This document shows, in pieces, positions 29,449 through 39,009 of a DNA stretch of 64,000 nucleotides. The notes under the pieces are model-generated. The model was not told where the DNA came from and made no database searches. It was given only the letters and a program-made list of their open reading frames with translations. Position 1 is the stretch's first letter, and the number at the start of each line of letters is the position of its first letter. Origin of the DNA: Gammaproteobacteria bacterium (GTDB taxonomy: Bacteria; Pseudomonadota; Gammaproteobacteria; Eutrophobiales; Eutrophobiaceae); the NCBI GenBank assembly GCA_963422205.2, contig CAXMWX010000001.1, forward strand, positions 288,001-352,000, in the 5' to 3' direction. The position numbers and the translations under genes are program-made.

Positions 29449-31095
29449 ATGGTGCAAATGCCGCTGCTGACTGTCGATAATCTGGCTGTTCAATTTCATA
29501 CCCGCCAGGGTGTCGTGCAGGCGGTGCAGGGGGTCAGTTTTCAGCTTGAACAAGGCAAAACACTGGGCATTGTCGGGGAATCCGGGGCTGGCAAGTCGGT
29601 GATTTGTCTTGGCCTGATGCGGCTTCTGGCCTCACCACCGGCCAGGCTGACAGCAGATAGACTGCACTTTGCCGGCCAGGAATTGTTGCACCTGGATAAC
29701 AGGCAGATGCGTACCCTGTGCGGGGATCGAATGACCATGATCTTTCAAGACCCCATGACTTCCCTGAATCCATACCTGACCATCGGCCAGCAGCTAATTG
29801 AACCCTTGCGGCTGCATAACCGCCTGAGCAGGACAGAGGCACATGAACGGGCAACCGCCGCACTGGCCGAGACCGGCATAGCACGGGCAAAGCAGCGTAT
29901 GCACAGCTACCCGCATGAGTTTTCCGGCGGCATGCGCCAACGCGTGATGATCGCCATGGCCATGCTCAACCGACCGGATCTGCTGATTGCCGATGAGCCA
30001 ACGACAGCACTGGATGTGACAGTGCAGGCACAGGTGCTGGAGTTGATGCAGAAACTACAGCACGAATATCAGCTTGCCATGATCTTCATCAGCCACGATC
30101 TGGGGGTGATCGCCGGGCTGGCCGATGAGGTTATCGTCATGCAGCATGGCCGCTGTGTTGAGCAAGGCAGCGTGAATGATATCTTCTGCCACAGCACGGC
30201 GGCTTACACCCGGCGTCTGCTGGCCGCCATCCCTGACACGGCGAAACCGCCACAGTACCAGCAGCCGACCGATGACAGTAAACTGCTGGAGTTAGTCGAT
30301 ATCCGCATTGCCTATAGCAGCAGGCCACACATCTTTGGTCGGCGCGAATCTGTCACCGCGGTCGATGGCATCAACCTGACGCTGCACACAGGTGAAATAC
30401 TTGGCCTCGCCGGCGAGTCCGGCAGTGGCAAATCCAGCCTGGCACGTGCCCTGGTGCGCTTGGTCAAGTTGACATCCGGGCGCATCGAATTGGCCGGGCG
30501 GGACCTCGGCCAGCTATCGGGTAAGCACCTGGCATCGGTTCGCCCGGATATACAGATGATCTTTCAAGACCCTTATTCCTCACTAAACCCGCGCATGACC
30601 ATCCACGATTGCCTGGCCGAGGCCATTTGCCACACACTTCATAACCAGGGCCGGCAGAATCAACCCGCCCTCACGGACCGGGTGACAGCACTGCTGGAAG
30701 AGGTGGAACTTGACAGCAGGCAGTTATACCGCTATCCGTACGAGCTCTCCGGTGGACAACGGCAACGGGTTGCCATTGCCCGCAGCCTGGCACTGAAGCC
30801 GAAATTGATCATCGCCGATGAACCGGTGTCCGCACTGGATGTGACCGTGCAGGCGCAGATCCTCAAGCTGTTCATGCAGCTTAATCAACAACACCAGCTC
30901 AGTATTCTCTTTATATCGCACGATCTCTCGGTCATACGTTATATCGCTGATCGAACCGCCATCATGTATCACGGCAAAATTGTTGAACTGGATGACACCG
31001 AGCGAGTCTTTCAGCAGCCACAGCATCACTATACACAGTCTTTATTGAATGCTATCCTTAAAAACAAGCTGCCCGGCATGAGGGCAGAGACGTAA
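29449..31095 (+). CDS. Peptide ABC transporter ATP-binding protein with two ATPase domains
   Basis: Two Walker A motifs ([16 protein letters not shown]), two SGG.RQR signatures and two DEP motifs. Confidence 0.93.
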   Translation: MVQMPLLTVDNLAVQFHTRQGVVQAVQGVSFQLEQGKTLGIVGESGAGKSVICLGLMRLLASPPARLTADRLHFAGQELLHLDNRQMRTLCGDRMTMIFQDPMTSLNPYLTIGQQLIEPLRLHNRLSRTEAHERATAALAETGIARAKQRMHSYPHEFSGGMRQRVMIAMAMLNRPDLLIADEPTTALDVTVQAQVLELMQKLQHEYQLAMIFISHDLGVIAGLADEVIVMQHGRCVEQGSVNDIFCHSTAAYTRRLLAAIPDTAKPPQYQQPTDDSKLLELVDIRIAYSSRPHIFGRRESVTAVDGINLTLHTGEILGLAGESGSGKSSLARALVRLVKLTSGRIELAGRDLGQLSGKHLASVRPDIQMIFQDPYSSLNPRMTIHDCLAEAICHTLHNQGRQNQPALTDRVTALLEEVELDSRQLYRYPYELSGGQRQRVAIARSLALKPKLIIADEPVSALDVTVQAQILKLFMQLNQQHQLSILFISHDLSVIRYIADRTAIMYHGKIVELDDTERVFQQPQHHYTQSLLNAILKNKLPGMRAET

Positions 31096-31169
31096 AAACA
31101 CCTGCAATTTATCGAGATACCGGATATGACAGACTGGCATACGACCGATACATCCTGTGAAGCTAACGC

Positions 31170-31946
31170 ATGAGTCTGCTGGCGGGCAAACGCGCACTGA
31201 TCGTCGGTGTTGCAAGCAAGCGCTCGATCGCCTGGGGGATCGCCAGGGCCATGCACCGTGAGGGGGCGGAGTTGGCATTCACCTATCAAAACGACAAATT
31301 GCAAGGGCGGGTGGAGCAATTTGCCAGCGAGGTCAACTCGGCGATCACCCTGCCCTGTGATGTCGCTGATGACAGGCAGATAGCCGATGTATTTACGCAT
31401 CTAAAGCCCCACTGGGAGCATCTTGATATCATGATACACTCGGTCGCCCATGCGCCGAAGGAGTTGCTGGCCGATGATTATCTGGCAAGCCTCACCCGTG
31501 AGGGGTTTCTGATGGCACACGATATCAGTGCTTACAGTTTCTGCGCCCTGGGCGCCGCTGCCCGGCCGCTGATGGCCGGCCGGCAGGGTGCCATGCTGAC
31601 GCTAAGCTACATCGGCGCTGTGCGTGCCATGCCCAATTACAATGTCATGGGAGTTGCCAAGGCCAGCCTGGAGGCCAGCGTGCGCTACATGGCGGCTGGC
31701 TTGGGGCCAGAGGGGATCCGGGTGAATGCCATCTCTGCCGGCCCTATCCGTACCCTGGCCGCATCCGGCATCAAGGGCTTGAAAAGTTTCCTGGGCAAGG
31801 TCGAAAAAAACGCACCGCTGCGGCGTAATGTGACCATCGATGAGGTCGGCAATGTGGCGGCTTTTCTATGTTCTGATTATGCCTCGGCCATCACGGGCGA
31901 GATCACCTATGTGGACTGCGGCTACAACGCCGTGGGTCTCACCTGA
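31170..31946 (+). CDS. fabI: Enoyl-ACP reductase
   Basis: Motifs [20 protein letters not shown] and [14 protein letters not shown]. Confidence 0.96.
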   Translation: MSLLAGKRALIVGVASKRSIAWGIARAMHREGAELAFTYQNDKLQGRVEQFASEVNSAITLPCDVADDRQIADVFTHLKPHWEHLDIMIHSVAHAPKELLADDYLASLTREGFLMAHDISAYSFCALGAAARPLMAGRQGAMLTLSYIGAVRAMPNYNVMGVAKASLEASVRYMAAGLGPEGIRVNAISAGPIRTLAASGIKGLKSFLGKVEKNAPLRRNVTIDEVGNVAAFLCSDYASAITGEITYVDCGYNAVGLT

Positions 31947-31956
31947 GGCGGCGGGC

Positions 31957-33192
31957 ATGGAGAACAATCGTCTGCTGATTGCGATCTTCATTAGCGCCCT
32001 GGCGGGTATTTTCTGCGGCTGGTATTTTGGTGAGTCCATGCTGGCCGTTAAATGGCTGGGGGACAGTTTCCTCGATGCCTTGAAGATGCTGATCATCCCC
32101 TTGATCGTTGCCGCCGTGATCACCGGCGTTGCCTCCATCGGCGATATACGTCGCTTAACCCGGGTGGGCGGCTTCACCTTGCTGTATTATGCCTCAACCA
32201 CCGCCATCGCCGTATTCATCGGCCTGGTGGTGGTCAATATCATGCAGCCCGGTGCTGGCATCGATGCGCTCGCCCGAGAGGATGCCGCCGGGTTTGCCAG
32301 CCGAGAGCCGAAGACCCTGGTCGATATTATTCAATTCGCCATTCAGCCGAACCTCATCGCCGCCGCCGCCGATGCACAGATCCTGCCCATCATCGTGTTC
32401 TGTCTGGCATTCGCCACGGCGCTGACCATGGTCGGTCATCGTGGCGATACCGTGCTGGGTTTTTTTGATGGCCTGAACGAGGTGATGATGAAGCTGGTGC
32501 TGTGGCTGATGTATCTGGCGCCGGTGGGGATCTTCGCCCTGATCGCCGCCAAGCTGGGCAGCACGGGCGGCGGTGAAGCCTTCATGCAGCAAATCAGCGC
32601 TGTCGGTAAATACATTATCACCGTGCTGGTCGGCCTGGGGCTGCACTTTCTGGTACTGGTCGGAATCTTGTATCTGCTCACCGGGCGGGGAGTGGCGTAT
32701 CTGTTGACCCTGTCCAAGGCGCTGCTGACTGCTTTTGGCACCGCCAGCTCATCGGCCACACTGCCGCTGACGATTAAATCTGCCATTGAAGCGGGCGTTG
32801 ATGCGCGCTCGGCCAAATCCGTCCTGCCCCTGGGCGCCACGGTCAACATGGATGGCACCGCCCTGTATGAAGCGGTTGCCGTCATGTTCATCGCCCAGTC
32901 GCTCGGTATCGAGATGGGGATCACCGAGCAGATCATCATCTTCATCACCGCCACCCTGGCCGCTATTGGTGCTGCGGGTATCCCGCAAGCGGGCCTGGCA
33001 ACCATGGTGATCGTGCTAACAGCAGTCGACCTGCCGCAGGAGGGAATCGGCTTAATTCTCGCGGTGGACTGGTTTTTGGATCGTTTCAGGACAACGGTCA
33101 ATGTCTGGGGAGACAGCACGGGGGCCGCTGTGATCGAGAAGGTTTTGCCAGAAGAATCCGACACAGCCCAAAATGCCAGCCAGCCTGCGTGA
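31957..33192 (+). CDS. Dicarboxylate/amino acid:cation symporter (DAACS)
   Basis: Motifs TASSSATLP, PLGATVNMDGTALY and DWFLDRFRTTVNVWGD. Start set to ATG 31957. Confidence 0.92.
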   Translation: MENNRLLIAIFISALAGIFCGWYFGESMLAVKWLGDSFLDALKMLIIPLIVAAVITGVASIGDIRRLTRVGGFTLLYYASTTAIAVFIGLVVVNIMQPGAGIDALAREDAAGFASREPKTLVDIIQFAIQPNLIAAAADAQILPIIVFCLAFATALTMVGHRGDTVLGFFDGLNEVMMKLVLWLMYLAPVGIFALIAAKLGSTGGGEAFMQQISAVGKYIITVLVGLGLHFLVLVGILYLLTGRGVAYLLTLSKALLTAFGTASSSATLPLTIKSAIEAGVDARSAKSVLPLGATVNMDGTALYEAVAVMFIAQSLGIEMGITEQIIIFITATLAAIGAAGIPQAGLATMVIVLTAVDLPQEGIGLILAVDWFLDRFRTTVNVWGDSTGAAVIEKVLPEESDTAQNASQPA

Positions 33193-33349
33193 GTTCCCCG
33201 CATAGCGTACCCCATCCTGATGACGTTCCTGCTGCTTATATTCCTGGCATGGCGGGTTCACATGATCGGGGAATGCGGTATCGCACTTCTTTATTTTGCT
33301 GCTGGCGGGGAGATGCCAGCCAAGGTATTTAAGTAAAAGATAAAAAAAC

Positions 33350-33441
33350 TGGCGGAGAGAGAGGGATTCGAACCCTCGATACGGGATAAACCGTATACTC
33401 CCTTAGCAGGGGAGCGCCTTCAACCACTCGGCCACCTCTCC
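33350..33441 (-). tRNA. tRNA-Ser(GCT)
   Basis: GGAGAGGTGGCCGAGTGG...CCCTGCTAAGGG...GGTTCGAATCC...CTCCGCCA with long variable arm and encoded CCA, downstream of csrA. Confidence 0.97.
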
Positions 33442-33663
33442 GTTGCTCGAAAAACCCGTATCAGTCAGGCCGCCCAAACCCGCCTGCCAGAACGATCAAA
33501 GCACCGGGCATCGCCGGATAAAACTGATCCCATCCCGGCGGACGGCTGTGCCGTATGCACCACACACGACACACAGCGTGTTTATATGAATACTGCCACC
33601 ATCCCCCTCATCCCGGCCGATGGCTGCAAAAGCCTTGTTTGGATTTGGTTAAGGATGGCCTGA

Positions 33664-33906
33664 TCAGCTATTGCCAAGGTTATCATCATCATCTGCGTAC
33701 TCTCCATATTCCCTAGCCAGATCAGCCTTCGCCTGGCGAACTTTCTCTAACTGGATACGCTCATAAATCTCTTCACGATGCACCGCAATCTCCCTGGGCG
33801 CATTTACGCCGATTCTCACTTGATTGCCTCGAATCCCAAGCACGGTGACGTTGACATCATCGCCAATCATCAAAGACTCGCCAATCCTGCGTGTTAAAAT
33901 TAACAT
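33664..33906 (-). CDS. csrA: Carbon storage regulator
   Basis: [17 protein letters not shown]...[11 protein letters not shown]. Confidence 0.97.
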   Translation of the reverse strand: MLILTRRIGESLMIGDDVNVTVLGIRGNQVRIGVNAPREIAVHREEIYERIQLEKVRQAKADLAREYGEYADDDDNLGNS

Positions 33907-34025
33907 CGGTGTTTCTCCTGCTGTCCTTTCAACTGTAAGTGTAGTTGACTGACAGTATTTTTGTCATGATACTTACTGCACCGTTACAATTTTGCCCAAT
34001 AGCAAACCAGCACTATCAGGCTGCC

Positions 34026-35246
34026 TCAGGTGGGGATCTGAAGGCCAAATGCCGCATGCAGTGTTCTGACGCCCAACTCCAGATACTTCTCCGCAACGAC
34101 CACCGATATCTTGATCTCTGAGGTGGCGATCATTTGAATGTTAATGCCCTCATCCGCCAGCGCCTTGAACATGGTGCAGGCAATGCCGGCATGTGAACGC
34201 ATGCCCACACCGATGACCGATATCTTGACGATGGTATCATCCCCGGACACCTTGCGAGCATGCAACTGTTCAGCCGTTTTATGTAATATTTTTAACGCCT
34301 TGTCAAAGTCATTTCGATGCACGGTAAAGGTGAAATCCGCGGTATCATCAACGCCAACATTCTGGATGATCATATCCACATCAATATTGGCATCGGCTAC
34401 CGGGCCTAATATGGCACTGGCGATGCCCGGCGTATCAGGTACGCCCCGGATAGTCAGCTTGGCCTCATCACGATTATGGGCAATGCCGGCAATCTGCGCT
34501 GCTTCCATCGCCCGCTCCTCATCGGTAATCAAGGTGCCTTCCCCCTCTTCAAAAGAGGACAAGACACGCAAGGGAATATGATATTTACTAGCAAACTCCA
34601 CCGCCCTGATTTGCAAAACCTTGGCGCCCAAACTCGCCATCTCCAGCATCTCCTCGTAGGAAATGCGCTGCATCCGACGGGCGGCAGGCTCGATATGCGG
34701 GTCTGCCGTATACACCCCGTCAACATCAGTATAAATCTGACACTCACTGGCCTGCAAGGCGGCCGCCATCGCCACCGCCGTGGTATCTGAACCGCCCCGC
34801 CCCAGCGTGGTGATATTGCCTTGTGAATCCACGCCCTGAAAACCAGCAATCACTGCAATTTTATTATCATCCAAACACTGATGCACTCGATGTGCGTCAA
34901 TATCGACAATACGCGCCTTGTTATGCACCGCATCTGTTAAGATGCTGGCCTGCCCGCCAGTAAAAGACTGCGCGGTTTTGCCCAGCGCCGACAGGGCGAT
35001 ACCAAGCAGGGCGATGCTGACCTGCTCGCCGGTTGCCAGCAACACATCCAGCTCCCGCTCATGCGGCGCCGATGAGACCTCATGGGCCAGTCCTAACAGC
35101 CGGTCGGTCTCTCCACCCATGGCCGAGAGCACCACCACCACCTTGTGCCCCCGCTCGGCAGTGCGGCTCACCCGCCTGGCCACGGCCTGTATCCGACCGA
35201 CCGATCCAACCGAGGTGCCGCCATATTTTTGTACAATCAGTGCCAT
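34026..35246 (-). CDS. lysC: Aspartate kinase
   Basis: Motifs VQKYGGTSV, TTLGRGGSDTTA, TDVDGVY and two ACT domains. Confidence 0.97.
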   Translation of the reverse strand: MALIVQKYGGTSVGSVGRIQAVARRVSRTAERGHKVVVVLSAMGGETDRLLGLAHEVSSAPHERELDVLLATGEQVSIALLGIALSALGKTAQSFTGGQASILTDAVHNKARIVDIDAHRVHQCLDDNKIAVIAGFQGVDSQGNITTLGRGGSDTTAVAMAAALQASECQIYTDVDGVYTADPHIEPAARRMQRISYEEMLEMASLGAKVLQIRAVEFASKYHIPLRVLSSFEEGEGTLITDEERAMEAAQIAGIAHNRDEAKLTIRGVPDTPGIASAILGPVADANIDVDMIIQNVGVDDTADFTFTVHRNDFDKALKILHKTAEQLHARKVSGDDTIVKISVIGVGMRSHAGIACTMFKALADEGINIQMIATSEIKISVVVAEKYLELGVRTLHAAFGLQIPT

Positions 35247-35652
35247 TAATATCCGAGTTTTGCCGAAACGGTAAAGCCCCTAAATCCAGGGCGGAAAAAG
35301 ATAAGGCCGGGGAGTCTAACCGAATGACCGGCAACGGCAAACAGGATTCTCCAGCCAATGCCCCTTGGTCTTAATGACCGGCACCGACAACAAACCGACA
35401 TTGCCATCTCCCTTTGCCATAACATCGACAATAGCCACCACCCGCTTGCACGGCACGCCCTCCATACCCCCTGCCTGACATGGCAATAATAATTATGATC
35501 TGTACAAACACATGCCATTCAGGCGAATTGCAGTACACGTGTTGCCTGCACCTTTATGATGTACATGCAGGGGATCCCCCGGACCGTGAAGGGCAACCCA
35601 CACTATGCCATCGACCATGGCCTGCCATCACAACTGATGATACAATAACCCC

Positions 35653-35955
35653 ATGAGCCAAGTCGCCTTTGACACATTAGAAATTCACCGAAACCCTGAA
35701 GCAAGCCGGCATCTCTGACCAGCACGCCACAAGGCCGAAGCCATCGCCATTCAGGGCGCCCTTGGCGAAGCCCTGAATACCCAGGTGGCAACGAAAGAGG
35801 ATATCCATAAGTTAAGAACAGAGCTGAAAACCGACATTCACCGCCTTGAGCGGGGTCAGGGTGAATTACGGGCAGAGCAGCGTTTACTGAAATGGATGGT
35901 TGGCTTCAACCTGGCTTTTACTTTAGCCATGTTCTGGAAACTGTTCAGTCAATAA
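35653..35955 (+). pseudogene. DUF1640/CCDC90-like coiled-coil protein, frameshifted
   Basis: Pieces MSQVAFDTL, KFTETLKQAGISDQHA, VATKEDI and LLKWMVGFNLAF lie in different frames. Confidence 0.65.
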
Positions 35956-36158
35956 CTCAACTCCCACCAAACCGCAAGCGCTGGCAAGCAGTGCTTTCAA
36001 GGCAGACAAAACAGCCCACCTTATTGCCTTTATTCAGGCTTTGCCCTTACAATGAGCGCAAGAGAAAGCCCCAACCTCACCAATGATCAACAACATCAAT
36101 ACAAACAACACATTAGCCAGCATTGGCGATCAGGTTGAGTGATTAAGAGACTACAGAC

Positions 36159-36500
36159 ATGAACACAGCGACCCTGATGATAGCGACTATTGGCACAGGC
36201 ATTTCCTTGGCTGGTCTGATGATTGGCCTGGTGGCCTGGCTGCGAGCCGATACGCGCCGCATGGAAGATCGCTTGCGTGAAGATACGCGCCGCATGGAAG
36301 ATCGCCAGCGTGAAGATGCACGGCAAATGGAAGAGCGCTTGCAGGCAGAAATCGCGGCAGTCCGCAATGAAATCGCCGAAATCCACGAGGACATCAACGC
36401 CCACCGCAAGGAGACTGCCCAGTTGCGTGAGCGCATGGCGCACCTGGAAGGTCTGCTGGACGGGTTGCGCGAGGCTATTGTGGCAAGGGCGGTGGCCTGA
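36159..36500 (+). CDS. Small N-anchored coiled-coil protein
   Basis: Hydrophobic N-terminus, repeated DTRRMEDRxRE and C-terminal LRERMAHLEGLLDGLREAI. Confidence 0.7.
   Translation: MNTATLMIATIGTGISLAGLMIGLVAWLRADTRRMEDRLREDTRRMEDRQREDARQMEERLQAEIAAVRNEIAEIHEDINAHRKETAQLRERMAHLEGLLDGLREAIVARAVA
36249..36347 (+). repeat. Intragenic tandem repeat, 3 x 33 bp (11 aa)
   Basis: Two near-identical units of GATACGCGCCGCATGGAAGATCGC..GCGTGAA and one diverged unit. Confidence 0.88.
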
Positions 36501-36610
36501 TTGATATTATTCCGAGTTCGCCTAGACCCGCACTAGCCAACCCAACAAACCACAGCAAGACAACCGCAATCCAACACAACTAACTTGAATAAGCAGTATA
36601 GTCCCTCAAC

Positions 36611-37561
36611 CTAAGTAGCCAGCCAACCCGCCACGATTGCCGCGACATTGGGGTGAATTAAATAACCTGTACTGGAGTGTGGATTGGATTTGTCGCACCT
36701 GACAGCCAGATTGTAGATACGGATGTCAGTGATCGAATCCAGCATTCTGTTATCTTCCATATAGTCATAGTCATCATTGACGGACTCATCATGGGCGATG
36801 TAATCATCTTCCGCAGCGACATTGATCCAGCGTTTGATATTGACCGGATAACGTCTGTTGCCTTTCGCATTTGCGCCTTTTAATCTGTCCTTGACAGTCT
36901 CATTTCCCAGGGGGCTGCCCAAAGTTACCCATACAGATAATTTTTTATCTCTCACTTCCTGATGCTCGCCGTAATAAGAGAATTTCCAGAGCGTATCATA
37001 GGCGATCATGGTGCCCAGACTGTGCGATATCAATAAAACGTCATCACCGTTTAGCAGTGATTTTTTCAGAGGTTCGGTTAATCGCCACCTGACCTTGCTG
37101 CCGTAAGGACTGCTATCCTGCTTCCAGTATGCCTGCATGTCGGGGGCGCATTTTTTGATCAGGTTGTCGCTTAGGCTAAGCAGGTTCATCGGGCCAGCGA
37201 ATAGATCAGCGCCGATTTCTTTCAGGCTGGATTTCCCGGGCAGGTCTTCATAGTTGGCTCTGCCAGTCTTGCCCAGGAAGCCATCCCGGCTGTAACGTTT
37301 CAGCTCTTCCAGGCAACGGCGCCGGTTACTGATATCATCTTCCGCATCGTACTCTCTCCCCCTTTTTCTAAGAAAGGCGTTGGACACATCCCCAAAGTAG
37401 ACAAACTCTGCGGACTTGGCTACTGCATCATAGCTGCCAAGAATATCTGTGTCGTGATCGCGCTTGATGCCATGGCGCAAGGCACCTAGCCAGATTTCCT
37501 TGAGTGCCTCTTTTTCCGGTTTGAAATTGCGACCATGAATAAGAACGATCTTCTTTGCCAT
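36611..37561 (-). CDS. Uncharacterised alpha/beta-hydrolase-fold protein
   Basis: Motifs IVLIHG, SHSLG nucleophile elbow, TLGSPL, W.N..A.DD and NPH...GYL. Confidence 0.75.
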   Translation of the reverse strand: MAKKIVLIHGRNFKPEKEALKEIWLGALRHGIKRDHDTDILGSYDAVAKSAEFVYFGDVSNAFLRKRGREYDAEDDISNRRRCLEELKRYSRDGFLGKTGRANYEDLPGKSSLKEIGADLFAGPMNLLSLSDNLIKKCAPDMQAYWKQDSSPYGSKVRWRLTEPLKKSLLNGDDVLLISHSLGTMIAYDTLWKFSYYGEHQEVRDKKLSVWVTLGSPLGNETVKDRLKGANAKGNRRYPVNIKRWINVAAEDDYIAHDESVNDDYDYMEDNRMLDSITDIRIYNLAVRCDKSNPHSSTGYLIHPNVAAIVAGWLAT

Positions 37562-37704
37562 TGTGAGGTACCTCTCTGTCTTTATCTGCTATTCTTATCC
37601 AATTCTTTGCGGTTTTAATCATTCGAGTATAGCCAGAAATCAGAAATAAAAACAAGCTCCTGTATGGATCCACCCCCTATTGCCCTTTTTATTGTGCTGG
37701 ATAG

Positions 37705-37725
37705 GGTTCGGCAGGCTCACCAAGC
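37705..37725 (+). repeat. Palindromic micro-element type A
   Basis: GGTTCGGCAGGCTCACCAAGC, at the same position in the IS as 13517. Confidence 0.75.
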
Positions 37726-37796
37726 AAATGTACTGCACAGGGGTTTGTCATCCCAGTCCCTTGTGTGGTCTTAGTCCGTTATATTTGACCAGCCAG

Positions 37797-37826
37797 CCTG
37801 TCTGCGTGAAGGGACGCACAGGCAGG
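37797..37826. repeat. Palindromic micro-element type B (30 bp), absent from IS copy 1
   Basis: CCTGTCTGCGTGAAGGGACGCACAGGCAGG. Removal restores KLADWLVKYN. Confidence 0.9.
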
Positions 37827-37890
37827 TCGGCCAGTTTTTCGTTGAACAGGTTCAGGTCTTCAAACAGCAGCTGTTCATGGAAGTCCACGA

Positions 37891-37920
37891 CCTGTCTGCG
37901 TGCGGACACGCACAGGCAGG
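37891..37920. repeat. Palindromic micro-element type B (30 bp)
   Basis: CCTGTCTGCGTGCGGACACGCACAGGCAGG. Removal restores ERFNRTSQEQFVDF. Confidence 0.9.
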
Positions 37921-37956
37921 ACTGCTCTTGACTGGTGCGGTTAAAGCGCTCACAGA

Positions 37957-37979
37957 TGGTTCGGCAAGCTCACCAGCCA
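37957..37979 (+). repeat. Palindromic micro-element type A (23 bp, frameshifting)
   Basis: TGGTTCGGCAAGCTCACCAGCCA. Removal restores KMNAVCERFN. Confidence 0.85.
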
Positions 37980-38397
37980 CGGCATTCATTTTGGGGGTTT
38001 TGGGATAGGTGTATAGATGCAGGATCTGACTATCATTGAGCCGTTGGTCAAACGCGCCCTTGAACGTAACGCCACTGTCGGTAATCACCTGCTGGATGGG
38101 GAAGGGGGTCAAGCGGAAACACGTCTCAAAGAAGTCTCTGGCAGCTTGGCTGCTCCGTTTCGGCACCGCCAGGACTAAGGCATAGCCACTGGCTTCGTCA
38201 ATAGAGGTGAGGAGATACCCCCCGGCCACCTGCCTACGCCGCTCGATGGCGTCCAGTCCCACACACTCGCCAATCTGGCTGGGGCGATAGCCTTTAGGGC
38301 GGCGTGTGACGGGGGTTCTTCGATAGGCTTTGGCTTTCCCCTTCGGGCTCAAGGCCGGGGGTGAGATTCGCCTCTTGTCGGGGGTATCGGCAATCAG

Positions 38398-38423
38398 CCC
38401 GTCTGCGTACCCGCACAGACAGG
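38398..38423. repeat. Palindromic micro-element type B (26 bp, degenerate)
   Basis: CCCGTCTGCGTACCCGCACAGACAGG. Removal restores STIGRLIAD. Confidence 0.8.
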
Positions 38424-38662
38424 GCGGCCAATGGTCGAAGTACTGGGACAGGGCAATCCCCTGGCCTGACACCAGGATCTGAGCAGTACCTGACACTGCT
38501 CTTTATCCAGATTGGGCAGGTCTTGGCGCCGTTGGCGTATCTGCTGGATAACCGCTTGTGGTCAGCGGCGAGTGCGCTTCGGTGCTTTGGGGGTCGGACA
38601 CAAGCCAGACAGTCCCCACTCGCGGTAGGCTTTGCGCCAGGCATACAGGGTACGGCGGCTCT

Positions 38663-38683
38663 GGTGGGTGAGCTTGTCGAACC
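38663..38683 (-). repeat. Palindromic micro-element type A
   Basis: Identical to 13848-13868. Confidence 0.8.
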
Positions 38684-38743
38684 ACTGCCACTGTGGTCAA
38701 GGGCGGGTCAGGCCATGCTTGTCCCAGAATCTAAGCACACTGA

Positions 38744-38770
38744 CTTGCCTGCACGCAGCACGCAAGCAGG
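38744..38770. repeat. Palindromic micro-element type B (27 bp, degenerate)
   Basis: Identical to 13929-13955. Confidence 0.75.
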
Positions 38771-39009
38771 GACGCTGTGCGGCGATTTGATTATTCATGT
38801 CCGCCCTTATTGCATGGCTGCCCGTGCGATAAAAGCCTTTTATTCGATACCCTATATGCTGATAGTGCTCTCGTTCTCTCTCTTACGAATAGGGCAATAG
38901 GTTTTTGAACTTGTACATACGTCCTACCTGATTGCCCTCAGCTTCGTCTTGCTGGGGCAGTGACCACTTTGGCGACCGGCAGCGTATCCTCACTGTCTCA
39001 ATGGTTGCG

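Larger units (their letters stand above)
37661..38917 (-). mobile_element. Full-length but inactivated IS481-family element (copy 2)
   Basis: TGT...ACA ends. HTH plus integrase core motifs (GLDAIE, TSIDEAS, QVITDSG..F, KMNA.CERFNRT, YN..RPH..L...TP) are interrupted by stops, frameshifts and seven palindromic inserts. Confidence 0.9.

Noticed and set aside
32436-33215. Long antisense ORFs (259 aa here, and many others over genes)
   Set aside because: Expected shadows of GC-rich coding sequence, with no independent motifs.
33350-33441. tRNA-Ser as an integration site
   Set aside because: No integrase and no duplicated tRNA 3' end seen in the window.
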